From NCBI GenBank assembly GCA_013360745.1, contig JABWBA010000006.1, positions 8,308 through 72,307 of the forward strand: a stretch of 64,000 bases of DNA, written 5' to 3'. The notes beneath the pieces were generated by a model. That model saw only the letters and a list, made by a program, of their open reading frames with translations. It did not search any database and was not told the origin of the DNA. How positions within the stretch are numbered: position 1 is the stretch's first letter; every line of letters begins with the position of its first letter. This document shows, piece after piece, positions 1 to 8,127 of this stretch. Made by a program: the position numbers and the translations under genes. Source of the DNA: Chthonomonadales bacterium. Lineage in GTDB: Bacteria; Armatimonadota; Chthonomonadetes; Chthonomonadales; CAJBBX01.

Positions 1-690
1 CGCCACGATAAGGCGCTCCGGCGAGTCGCCGAGCTCGATCCGTTCGGCGGTCTGTCGGGCGTAGCGTTGCCAGTCTGCCGAGAACGTCGCGCCGAGGAAC
101 TCCAGCAGGGGCGGGATCCATTCCGGGCGATAGGGCTCCAGCACGATGCCCGCCGCCTCCAGCGCCTGCACCCTGTCGCCGAGCCAGTGGGGCTCCGTCA
201 GCCCGGTCAAGTCGCATTCCATGGAGATCGCCTGCCCCGCGCGCCCGTATCCGCGCCGCTTTAGAAACTCCATGCCTCCTGCGTAGGCCCGAATGTCGAC
301 GCCGGGGGTCAGATAGCCGCCCGGATACGGGGAGATCTGACAGTGCGAGCATCCGCAGTCCCGGAGATACGCTTCGCACGCGGCCAGCAGCGCCGAGCCT
401 GCGCCCTGAAACCGCGCATCGGGAGCGACGCCCAACATGGTGATGTACCCGGGGACCCGATCGCCGGACGGCTGCGCCCCTCCCGGGGGCACGGCGAGCG
501 CGACGCCCACCGGCGTACCGTTCCGCAGGGCTACGGGCAGGCCGTTCGGATGGACGTTCGGATCCAGCAGCGCTTTGCGGATGAAGGCGCTGCGGGACAT
601 CGGATCCGCGGTCAGGGACGAGGTCAGGATCGTCAGGACTTGGTCAAGCCATCGCCCGCGGTAGGGCTCGATGCGGATCTCCGTACTCAT
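1..690 (-). CDS. GNAT-family N-acetyltransferase (C-terminus runs off the window)
   Basis: The minus-strand frame is open from ATG (complement of cat 688-690) to position 1. It is absent from the ORF track because it has no stop in the window. My translation is MSTEIRIEPYRGRWLDQVLTIL...ITMLGVAPDARFQGAGSALLAACEAYLRDCG. It contains the Q/RxxGxG/A acetyl-CoA-binding motif of GNAT enzymes. Confidence 0.65.
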   Translation of the reverse strand, partial: MSTEIRIEPYRGRWLDQVLTILTSSLTADPMSRSAFIRKALLDPNVHPNGLPVALRNGTPVGVALAVPPGGAQPSGDRVPGYITMLGVAPDARFQGAGSALLAACEAYLRDCGCSHCQISPYPGGYLTPGVDIRAYAGGMEFLKRRGYGRAGQAISMECDLTGLTEPHWLGDRVQALEAAGIVLEPYRPEWIPPLLEFLGATFSADWQRYARQTAERIELGDSPERLIVA

Positions 691-758
691 CGCGCACAGA
701 ACGTTCGCCGATCTCCTCCCGCATTCCTCCCCCGGCCCTCACGGGTCGGGCACGAACC

Positions 759-787
759 TTGACACGGGCGTACCGATGCTGTATTCT
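759..787 (+). promoter_or_regulatory. sigma70-type promoter candidate (TTGACA-17 nt-TATTCT)
   Basis: TTGACA at 759-764, a 17-nt spacer, then TATTCT at 782-787. It faces the EEP gene and would give a leader of about 210 nt. Confidence 0.45.
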
Positions 788-1001
788 GCTGCCGCACGGA
801 GGACGGTATTCGGCGGTTACGGACGGATGCTTGATGGTCCAGCACACGAACCGAATGCCCTCCGCCGCAATAGATCGGCAGGGACTCGGCGGTTCCTGCA
901 AGGGGCGTACGGAAGCGTGACTCGACACACGTGAGGACACTCGCAAGCGGACCTCGGTCGGCCAACCCTTCGTTCGGGCCGCGCCAATCGAGAGGGACGG
1001 C

Positions 1002-1829
1002 TTGACGATGGATGGGTCGCTTTCCGTTATCACCTTCAATATCCGCAACGGCCGGGCCTGCGATGGCGGCAACTCGTGGCCATTCCGACGACGGTGGGTG
1101 CCAGCCTACATCCGGGACCTCGACGCGGACGTTGTCGGATTACAGGAAGCCTTTTACAACCAGGTCGTCGCGGTGGAGAAGGCGCTCCATGGCTACGAGC
1201 GGGTCGGCGTGGGTCGGGACAACGGCAGGCGCAAGGGAGAGTACTGCCCGATCTTCATCCGGTCCGAGCGTCTGACGATCCTGGATCACGGCGCCTTCTG
1301 GTTCTCGGACACGCCCGATGCGCCCGGCTCCCGCACGTGGGGCAATACGCTGCCCAGGATCTGCACCTGGGCGCTCCTATCCGACGCGCGCCCTGACGGG
1401 AGCGGCGGTCTCATCCGGATGTGCAATCTCCATCTCGATCACGCCGACGCCGACGCACGGCTTCGAAGCGCGGAACTGCTGCTCGTCCGACTGAAGGAGT
1501 GGCGGGCTGTTTCCCCCGTCGTCATCATGGGCGATTTCAACGCAGGTGAACGGAGTCCGGTCCTCGCCCGGCTTCTCGGCGGTGAGGCCGGCCTCCTCGA
1601 TACGTTCCGGGTGCGCCGGCCGCGGGCTCGCCTCGTCGGCACCTTCCATGCCTGGGAGGGAACCGCCGGGGGAGCGAAGATCGACCATATCCTCGCGACG
1701 CCAGACATCGAGGTCCTCGATGCCGCTATCCTCCGCGACACCGTACAGGGCCGCCTCCCTTCGGACCACTGGCCGGTTATGGCGCGGCTTCGGGCGACGA
1801 ACCCGACTGCCGACGGCTCGACGTTGTAG
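1002..1829 (+). CDS. endonuclease/exonuclease/phosphatase (EEP) family protein
   Basis: 275-aa ORF. Motifs: LSVITFNIRNG, DVVGLQE, VIMGDFN and C-terminal LPSDHWPV, as in the EEP fold. Start is TTG 1002 or ATG 1008. Confidence 0.8.
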   Translation: MTMDGSLSVITFNIRNGRACDGGNSWPFRRRWVPAYIRDLDADVVGLQEAFYNQVVAVEKALHGYERVGVGRDNGRRKGEYCPIFIRSERLTILDHGAFWFSDTPDAPGSRTWGNTLPRICTWALLSDARPDGSGGLIRMCNLHLDHADADARLRSAELLLVRLKEWRAVSPVVIMGDFNAGERSPVLARLLGGEAGLLDTFRVRRPRARLVGTFHAWEGTAGGAKIDHILATPDIEVLDAAILRDTVQGRLPSDHWPVMARLRATNPTADGSTL

Positions 1830-1893
1830 GGTATCCGCGCCCGCCGTCGAATACTCTGCAGACGTTTCGCGCTCTTACCTAATCGAGGAGACT

Positions 1894-3192
1894 ATGATGG
1901 ATACCGAACCGACGATGACCCGCCGCCAGCTTGTCCAGAGGGGTGTGGCTCTCGCCGCCGCCTCCGCCGTTGCCGCGCCAGCCGTTGGCCGCAGCTCTGC
2001 CCAGGCAGGACCGAATGCTGCTCTGGGGGTGGGGTTCATCGGCTGCGGCGGTCGCGCCGGCTCCCATATGCAGACGCTCCACTGGCTCGCAACGGATGGC
2101 GGAGAGAAGCTGCGCCTCGCGGCATTCTGCGATGTCTACGCCCCGAGACTCCGGCGGGCGGCCGAGGCGTACGGGAGCACGCGCACCTACGCCGATTACC
2201 GTCAGCTGATCGAAGATCCCGAGGTCGATATCGTCTGCATTGCCACTCCTGATCACCTTCATGCGCCTCAGGCCATCGCCGCGCTGAAGGCCAACAAGCA
2301 TGTCTATGTGGAAAAGCCGATCACGCACTGGCGCCAGATTGGCCTGCTGAAGGAGCTTGCCCGAGCGGCGGCCGTGTCCGGAGGCGTTCTCCAATGCGGT
2401 ACGCAGGGGATGAGCTGCTCGGCGTGGGAGCAGGCCCGACAGCTCATCGCCGACGGCGCCATCGGCCAGCCGATCCACGCGGAAGCGGGGTATTTCCGGG
2501 TTGGCGACTGGGGCGAACGGGGCATGCCCGTGGATGATCCGAACGTTCAGCCCGGCCCCGAGCTCGATTGGAAGGCGTTTCTCGGCGATTCGCCATCCAG
2601 GCCCTTCAGCGTCGATCGTTTCTTCCGGTGGCGGCTGTTCATGGACTACGCCGGCGGACCGGTGACCGATCTCTATCCCCACGCGTTCACGCCGGTCGTC
2701 CATATGCTGGGTGTGACGTTTCCGTCGTCTGTCGTCGCCAGCGGCGGCATCTATCGTTATCCCTATGAGCTTCGCGAGGTTCCCGACACCTTCAACCTGC
2801 TCATCGACTACCCGGAAAAGATCACCGTCGCGCTGATGGGCACTCAGGGGAACAACCACTTCGGCACAGGCGACGCCCCCGTGGGCTCGGTGGGCCGGTC
2901 GCCGGTCCTTCGAGGGTGGGATGGCACGCTGACCTTCGTCGGACGCAACATCGTCATCACGCCCACGGAGGGATCGACCAGGAAGCCGGTAACCGTCCCT
3001 GTCCGGACCGGCGAGGACCTGGTCGAGTTCTGGAAGTCCCTTCTGAACGTTGTCCGCACAGGCCAGGGGGCGCCCGCCAGCCCCATGCCGCTCGCGTACG
3101 CAACCCAGACGGCACTGCTGATGGGCATGGCCGCCTGGAGATCCGGCAGGACGGCTCGGTTCGATCGTCGCACCGAGCGGATCGTGGTCTGA
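1894..3192 (+). CDS. Gfo/Idh/MocA-family oxidoreductase with twin-arginine (Tat) signal
   Basis: Same frame as ORF 1546..3192. I moved the start to ATG 1894, which follows GAGGAG at 1885-1890. N-terminus is MMDTEPTMTRRQLVQRGVALAAASAVAAPAV (RR signal), followed by the Rossmann motif LGVGFIGCGGRAG. Confidence 0.8.
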   Translation: MMDTEPTMTRRQLVQRGVALAAASAVAAPAVGRSSAQAGPNAALGVGFIGCGGRAGSHMQTLHWLATDGGEKLRLAAFCDVYAPRLRRAAEAYGSTRTYADYRQLIEDPEVDIVCIATPDHLHAPQAIAALKANKHVYVEKPITHWRQIGLLKELARAAAVSGGVLQCGTQGMSCSAWEQARQLIADGAIGQPIHAEAGYFRVGDWGERGMPVDDPNVQPGPELDWKAFLGDSPSRPFSVDRFFRWRLFMDYAGGPVTDLYPHAFTPVVHMLGVTFPSSVVASGGIYRYPYELREVPDTFNLLIDYPEKITVALMGTQGNNHFGTGDAPVGSVGRSPVLRGWDGTLTFVGRNIVITPTEGSTRKPVTVPVRTGEDLVEFWKSLLNVVRTGQGAPASPMPLAYATQTALLMGMAAWRSGRTARFDRRTERIVV

Positions 3193-3376
3193 GAACGCTG
3201 GGGATGGCTTGCGCGGAGGATCGAGCGCGCGCCGAACCGATGCGCCCCTCGTATCGATCTCAGAGGAAGGTAACAGACCGCCGGAGGGCGAACGATAACG
3301 ACGAGCGCGTTCGGGGAACGGGCAGCGGTTCGGATGGCCCCGGAACGAGCTCTGGACGCTACAGGAAGGTAGTCGC

Positions 3377-4135
3377 GTGACAACCTGTGTCCTTACCCCT
3401 GCCGCGGGCAAACGGCTGATCGCGAAGGCGATGGCGATCCATCCCGTGATCCAGCGGGCGCTGACGGAAGGCACGCTCGTGATCGTCGCCGGAACGACGA
3501 ACGGGTATGTCGCCGAGGAAATCCTCGGATCCCTCGGCATCGCAGAGGGCTTCGATAAACGACGATTCCGGAGAGGGGTGACGCTGCCACCCGGCTACAC
3601 GCCTCCGGCCGAGATCGCTCAGGAACCGTTCCCGGGCGATATCGTGCTGGTGCGGGGCGAATGGCAGCGAGGGCGGTCGATCTTCGATATGGTCGAGGAG
3701 CTCGGTGAGGGTGATGTCGTGCTCAAGGGCGCGAGCGCGTTGCACCTCGCGAGTCGCTCGGCCGGGGTGTTCATCGGCGATACCAGGGGCGGTACGACCG
3801 CCGCTATGATGCAATCGGTAATCGGCAGGCGCGTTCGGCTCATCGTACCGGTCGGCCTGGAGAAACGGGTCTCGGACGATGTGTTCGAGATTGCCCGCAC
3901 CCTGATACGGCCTGGAGTTCGCGGCCCCCGCCTCTTCCCGCTCCTCGGCGATGTGGTGAGCGAGATCGAGGCGGTGTCCATGCTGACCGGCGCGAGCGCC
4001 CGACTGCTCGGCGCGGGCGGCGTCTGCGGCGCCGAAGGGAGCGTCTGGCTAGGGATCTCCGGTTCGCCGGAAGAGCGGGCCGCGGCGGAGGCTCTGCTGA
4101 AAGCGGTGGCCGAGGAGCCGCCCTATCGGGACTGA
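3377..4135 (+). CDS. hypothetical protein (family not recognised)
   Basis: 252-aa ORF with a GTG start preceded by AGGAAGG (3363-3369). It is co-directional with its neighbours. The segments KGASALHLASRSAGVFIGDTRGG and RLIVPVGLEKRV weakly resemble LUD/LutC-type folds, but this is unverified. Confidence 0.55.
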   Translation: MTTCVLTPAAGKRLIAKAMAIHPVIQRALTEGTLVIVAGTTNGYVAEEILGSLGIAEGFDKRRFRRGVTLPPGYTPPAEIAQEPFPGDIVLVRGEWQRGRSIFDMVEELGEGDVVLKGASALHLASRSAGVFIGDTRGGTTAAMMQSVIGRRVRLIVPVGLEKRVSDDVFEIARTLIRPGVRGPRLFPLLGDVVSEIEAVSMLTGASARLLGAGGVCGAEGSVWLGISGSPEERAAAEALLKAVAEEPPYRD

Positions 4136-4187
4136 GGCCGCGAAAGGCGGATCCTGCGGAGCGCGGCGATGATGGGAGGGGAGGACT

Positions 4188-7040
4188 GTGATGGGTCGGA
4201 GCATACTCTGTGTCGGAGCCGTACTCGCTGCGTCAACGGCGGCGATGCTCGAGGCCCGATCGGGCCCGTCGCCCTGCACGCTCCGCGTGGCGCCGTCGGG
4301 CAGCCTCAGCATTCGGTTCGGTCGGAACATCGTCGGGACGATGGAGCCGGGCCTGCATGACGCCTCATGGCGTCTTTCCACGATCCTGCCTGTTCGGACC
4401 CCGTCCGATCCGAAGACCGGGGCGTTGACCAGCCAGATCCGAATGCAGGACGGGACCGCCTGCGAAACGGAGACGACGATCCGGCAGGACGGCTCATCGG
4501 CCACAGCCGTCTATCGAATCACACCCCGCGAGCCGGTAAAGCTCCACAGCCTGCATGTGGCGCTGGAGATCCCGACGAGCGTTCTGGCCGGCGGCGTCTA
4601 TGTCGCGGACGGCGTGGAAGGGGCGTTCCCCGAGCAGTACGGAGAGATGATCGTCCGAATCGCGCCAACCAGAGACCTGACCCTTCGGACGAAGCTCGGT
4701 GAGGAGCTTCGGTTACAGTTCGCCGAACCGATCATGACTCTGCTACAGGATAACCGCCAGTGGGGGCCGAGCTTCACCGTCCGTATCGGCCCGCAGATGG
4801 ACGCCATCGAGCCGTGGCCCGCGGGCAAGCCGCTGGAGATGCACATCACGCTGACCTCGCCAGGAGGTGTCAAAGTGGAACAGGATGGCCCGGTGACCCT
4901 TGAGGCAGGCGCCGACTGGATTCCTCTCGATGATACGCTCGAGATCGAGCCTGGATCGGCGCTGGACCTCAGCAGCGTCCTACCGTGGCACGCTCCCGCG
5001 GGCAGTCTGGGCCGGGTGATCCCGATCGCCGGCGGCCGATACGCCTTCGCCAAACGGCCCGGTGAGGCTGTGCGCTTCTACGGCATCAATCTGTGCTTCA
5101 GCGCCCAATACCTCAGCCACGAGGAATCGGATCGCCTTGCCCGGCGATTGCGGATGCTCGGCTACAACGCCGTGCGATTCCATCACTACGAATCGGAGCT
5201 CGTGGATCGTTCGAACGGCGATGGCCTCACCCTTCGTCCGGACCGACTGGACCAGCTTGATTACCTGTTCGCCGCCTTGAAGAAGCAGGGCATCTATATG
5301 ACCACCGACCTCTTCGTCTCCCGGCCGATCCGCGCGGCCTCGATCTGGCCCGGGGAGACGGGCGATGCAGGGATGGACGAGTTCAAGATGGCCGTGCCGG
5401 TCAATGAGCGGGCCTTCGCCAACTTCCGCGCGTTCGCCGAGAAGCTTCTCGGGCACGTGAACCCGTATACGGGCGCGACGTGGGGCAGGGATCCGGCCCT
5501 GGCCTGGCTCAGCCTGATCAACGAAGGGAATCCCGGCAACTTCATCGGGAATCTAACGCCCCGGCTCCGGGCGGATTGGATCCGCGCATGGCGCGAATGG
5601 CTGACGCGTGCCTACCCGGATGAAGCCCGACGCCGCGAGGCGCTGGGCGGCGTCGCTGATTCCTTCCCGCCTTCGGGTGAGAAGGCCGAACTCGTGTTCG
5701 CCAAGTTCCTCGCGGAGAACCAGCGGAGCTTGCTCAGCCGGAGCCGGGCGTTTCTGAAGGGGCTTCCATGTTCGGCGTACTTGACGAACATGAACTCATG
5801 GACCAACCCGATCCAGATGATGGCGGTTCGGAACGATATGGACTATGTGGACGATCACTTCTATGTCGACCACCCCGAGTTCGTCGAGCGTCCGTGGCAG
5901 CTGCCCTCTCGATGCCCGAACACGAGCCCTGTGGCGGCCGGAGCGCGGGGCGGCCTCGGCTGCGCCTCACTGCGCGTGTTCGGCAAGCCCTTTACCGTGA
6001 GCGAGTACAACTACTCGGGGCCCGGGCGTTTCCGTGGTGTGGGGGGCATCCTGACCGGCGCCCTTGGCTCGATTCAAGATTGGTCGGTCCTCTGGCGGTT
6101 TGCCTATTCCCATTCGCGCGAGAACCTCTTCCGCCCCGGGGCTATGAACTACTTCGACATGGTCTCGGACCCGCTCAATCAGGCGGCCGAACGTGCTTCG
6201 GTGTTTATGTTCCGGCGGGGCGATCTGGCGCCGGCGCGCAACGCGATTGAGATTGTCGCGACCGAGGCGGATCTTCTCGGTCGCCCTGCGTCCTCCCGCA
6301 GCGCAACGCCGAGCTGGAACGGGCTCGCATGGGTGGCGCGCATCGGCTACGCGTCGGCGCCGGCGAAATCCGACGATCCGCGCCGGATCGCGCTGCCGCT
6401 GGGATGGGCCGATCCGGCGACGGCGGCCGGACGGGTTGCGGATCCATTCGCAACCGATGCCGCCGACACCATTCTTGCGGAGATGCGTCGGAGGAGCTGG
6501 CTGCCGGCTGCGAATCGAACCTCGTTGGACGGACCCGTGTACCAGACCGAGAAGGGAGAGCTGACGATCGACGCGCCCCGCGATACGCTGACGATCGACA
6601 CGGCCCGTACCGCGGGCGGGTATGCACCGGAAGGGGAGCGGATCGCCGCGAAGAGCGTCGAGATCTCCATAGTGAAAACAGACGCAACGGTCTGGGTATC
6701 GAGCCTCGACGACAAACCGATCGGGACGAGCCGCCGGCTGCTGATCACCCACCTGACCGATGTGCAGAACAGCGGCGTGCGCTATGGCGATCGAGATCGG
6801 CGGCTGCTCCTCGACTGGGGCGGTATGCCCCATCTGGCATTGGACGGCGCGGCGAGCGTCACGATCCGATTGCGGGATGCTTCGAAGGCCCGAGTCTGGT
6901 CGCTCGCGCTCAACGGCAAGCGTCTCGCGCCCGTCTCGTGCAAGGTCGCTGGCGGCAGCCTTATCGTCCCGCTGCAGGTGAACCATGAGGGCAGGGCACG
7001 CATGCTGTACGAAGTGCAGATACCGCCTCCAGCGCGGTGA
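4188..7040 (+). CDS. secreted putative clan GH-A (TIM-barrel) glycoside hydrolase, 950 aa
   Basis: N-terminal signal-like MMGRSILCVGAVLAASTAAM. The segment FYGINLCF...LGYNAVRFHHYE...QGIYMTTDLF resembles a GH5-like barrel. LSLINEGNPG is a candidate acid/base NE motif and FTVSEYNYSG a candidate nucleophile Glu. A GGGAGGGGAGGA SD lies upstream. Confidence 0.55.
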   Translation: MMGRSILCVGAVLAASTAAMLEARSGPSPCTLRVAPSGSLSIRFGRNIVGTMEPGLHDASWRLSTILPVRTPSDPKTGALTSQIRMQDGTACETETTIRQDGSSATAVYRITPREPVKLHSLHVALEIPTSVLAGGVYVADGVEGAFPEQYGEMIVRIAPTRDLTLRTKLGEELRLQFAEPIMTLLQDNRQWGPSFTVRIGPQMDAIEPWPAGKPLEMHITLTSPGGVKVEQDGPVTLEAGADWIPLDDTLEIEPGSALDLSSVLPWHAPAGSLGRVIPIAGGRYAFAKRPGEAVRFYGINLCFSAQYLSHEESDRLARRLRMLGYNAVRFHHYESELVDRSNGDGLTLRPDRLDQLDYLFAALKKQGIYMTTDLFVSRPIRAASIWPGETGDAGMDEFKMAVPVNERAFANFRAFAEKLLGHVNPYTGATWGRDPALAWLSLINEGNPGNFIGNLTPRLRADWIRAWREWLTRAYPDEARRREALGGVADSFPPSGEKAELVFAKFLAENQRSLLSRSRAFLKGLPCSAYLTNMNSWTNPIQMMAVRNDMDYVDDHFYVDHPEFVERPWQLPSRCPNTSPVAAGARGGLGCASLRVFGKPFTVSEYNYSGPGRFRGVGGILTGALGSIQDWSVLWRFAYSHSRENLFRPGAMNYFDMVSDPLNQAAERASVFMFRRGDLAPARNAIEIVATEADLLGRPASSRSATPSWNGLAWVARIGYASAPAKSDDPRRIALPLGWADPATAAGRVADPFATDAADTILAEMRRRSWLPAANRTSLDGPVYQTEKGELTIDAPRDTLTIDTARTAGGYAPEGERIAAKSVEISIVKTDATVWVSSLDDKPIGTSRRLLITHLTDVQNSGVRYGDRDRRLLLDWGGMPHLALDGAASVTIRLRDASKARVWSLALNGKRLAPVSCKVAGGSLIVPLQVNHEGRARMLYEVQIPPPAR

Positions 7041-7062
7041 TCCCGCCGGTATCGGCGATGTC

Positions 7063-8022
7063 TCAGAGGCCCGAGAGGAACTCGAATATCCGATCCGACG
7101 AATCGGGCAAGCCTTCGTGCCCGAAATCCGGATAGATCACCATGTCCTTGGGTGCAGTGATCTTGTTGTAGGCGGCGAACTGGGTCGAAGGCGGGCAGAC
7201 CGTGTCCATCAGACCGGTGACGAACAGCGTCTCGGCCTGGATCCGGTGGGCGAGATGCTGGTTGTCGATATAGCCCAGCCGTGTCCAGATGTCACCCTCC
7301 CGCTCATGTCGAGGGTCGAACCGCCGAAAATACTGCTTCAGTTCGTCATAGGCTGCGACGGCCAGATCGATGTCCCAGACACGTTTGTAGTCACAGAGGA
7401 ACGGAAACACCGGCGCGGCCCGTTTGATGCGGGGCTCCAGCGCAGCGCAGGCGAGCGTCAGGCCGCCGCCCTGGGATCCGCCGGTGACGCCGACGCGGTC
7501 CGGGTCGACTTCGGGCATCCCCATGACGATTCCGGCGAGCTGTGCGCAATCCAGGAAGATCTGGCGGAAGAGCAGATCGTCGGGCGCGCCATCCAGACCC
7601 CGAATGATGTGCCCGTTGAGCGTGTTGCCGCGGACCCCGCCCGTGTCCTCCGACTGTCCGCCCTGACCTCGGCAGTCGAGGGCCGCGACGGAGAACCCCT
7701 GGGCTACCCAGCCGAGCTTGTCGAACCAGTCTCCGCTGCTGCCCGAATAGCCATGGAAGAGGAGCGCCGCCGGATGGGGCTTCGGCGCCGATCGCGGTCG
7801 GAGATATTTCGCATGAACCCGTGCGCCCCGGACGCCGGTAAAGAAGAGATCGAAACATTCCGCGAAGGTGGCCGGGTGGGCCGCGGGGCGAAGCTCAACG
7901 GCCGGGTCGACGGAGCGCATCTCCGCCAGGGCATGCTCCCAGTACTGGTCCATATCGGCCGGTCTGGGATTCGAGCCAGCGTACTCCCTGAGCTGGGCCA
8001 GGGGCATATCGAAGAGCGGCAT
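7063..8022 (-). CDS. acetyl xylan esterase / cephalosporin-C deacetylase family (CE7)
   Basis: 319 aa. GVTGGSQGGGL is the CE7 GxSQG nucleophile motif. GLMDTVCPP supplies the Asp and YPDFGHE the His. The N-terminal PADMDQYWE-type region is typical of Axe1/CAH. Confidence 0.85.
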   Translation of the reverse strand: MPLFDMPLAQLREYAGSNPRPADMDQYWEHALAEMRSVDPAVELRPAAHPATFAECFDLFFTGVRGARVHAKYLRPRSAPKPHPAALLFHGYSGSSGDWFDKLGWVAQGFSVAALDCRGQGGQSEDTGGVRGNTLNGHIIRGLDGAPDDLLFRQIFLDCAQLAGIVMGMPEVDPDRVGVTGGSQGGGLTLACAALEPRIKRAAPVFPFLCDYKRVWDIDLAVAAYDELKQYFRRFDPRHEREGDIWTRLGYIDNQHLAHRIQAETLFVTGLMDTVCPPSTQFAAYNKITAPKDMVIYPDFGHEGLPDSSDRIFEFLSGL

Positions 8023-8054
8023 GGGGCGTTCACCTTTCGTGCAGTGGGCTTACT

Positions 8055-8081
8055 GGGCGCCGATAAGGGTCGTCGGCGCCC
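8055..8081 (-). terminator. GC-rich hairpin between the PPC-domain gene and the CE7 gene
   Basis: GGGCGCCGA (8055-8063) pairs with TCGGCGCCC (8073-8081): a 9-bp stem with a 9-nt loop. It lies 47 nt downstream of the stop at 8128. No clear U-tract. Confidence 0.35.
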
Positions 8082-8127
8082 TCTATCTTCACCGCAGCGG
8101 CTCGGAACTCCTCCCATCGGCCGGATC

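Noticed and set aside
1546-1893. N-terminal extension of ORF 1546..3192, overlapping the EEP gene by about 280 nt.
   Set aside because: The extension is low-complexity. ATG 1894 has a GAGGAG SD and puts the twin-arginine signal at the N-terminus, where it must be.
1879-3540. 553-aa minus-strand ORF. The same class includes 5967..6986, 6985..8433, 9178..10446, 12444..13448, 13480..14340, 18760..19863, 20803..21840, 24141..25064, 25497..26414, 30840..32114, 36177..38144, 50320..51279, 51355..52386, 52571..53911 and 62439..63287.
   Set aside because: All lie antisense to genes with clear family motifs (for example fabI, uvrA, pdhA, CE7). Their translations are Arg/Pro/Gly/Ala-rich with no motifs. 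This is the expected stop-poor antisense frame of high-GC DNA.
7044-7057. CGCCG-gtat-CGGCG hairpin between the convergent GH and CE7 genes, as a possible bidirectional terminator.
   Set aside because: It has only a 5-bp stem with no U/A tracts, which is too weak to list as a feature.
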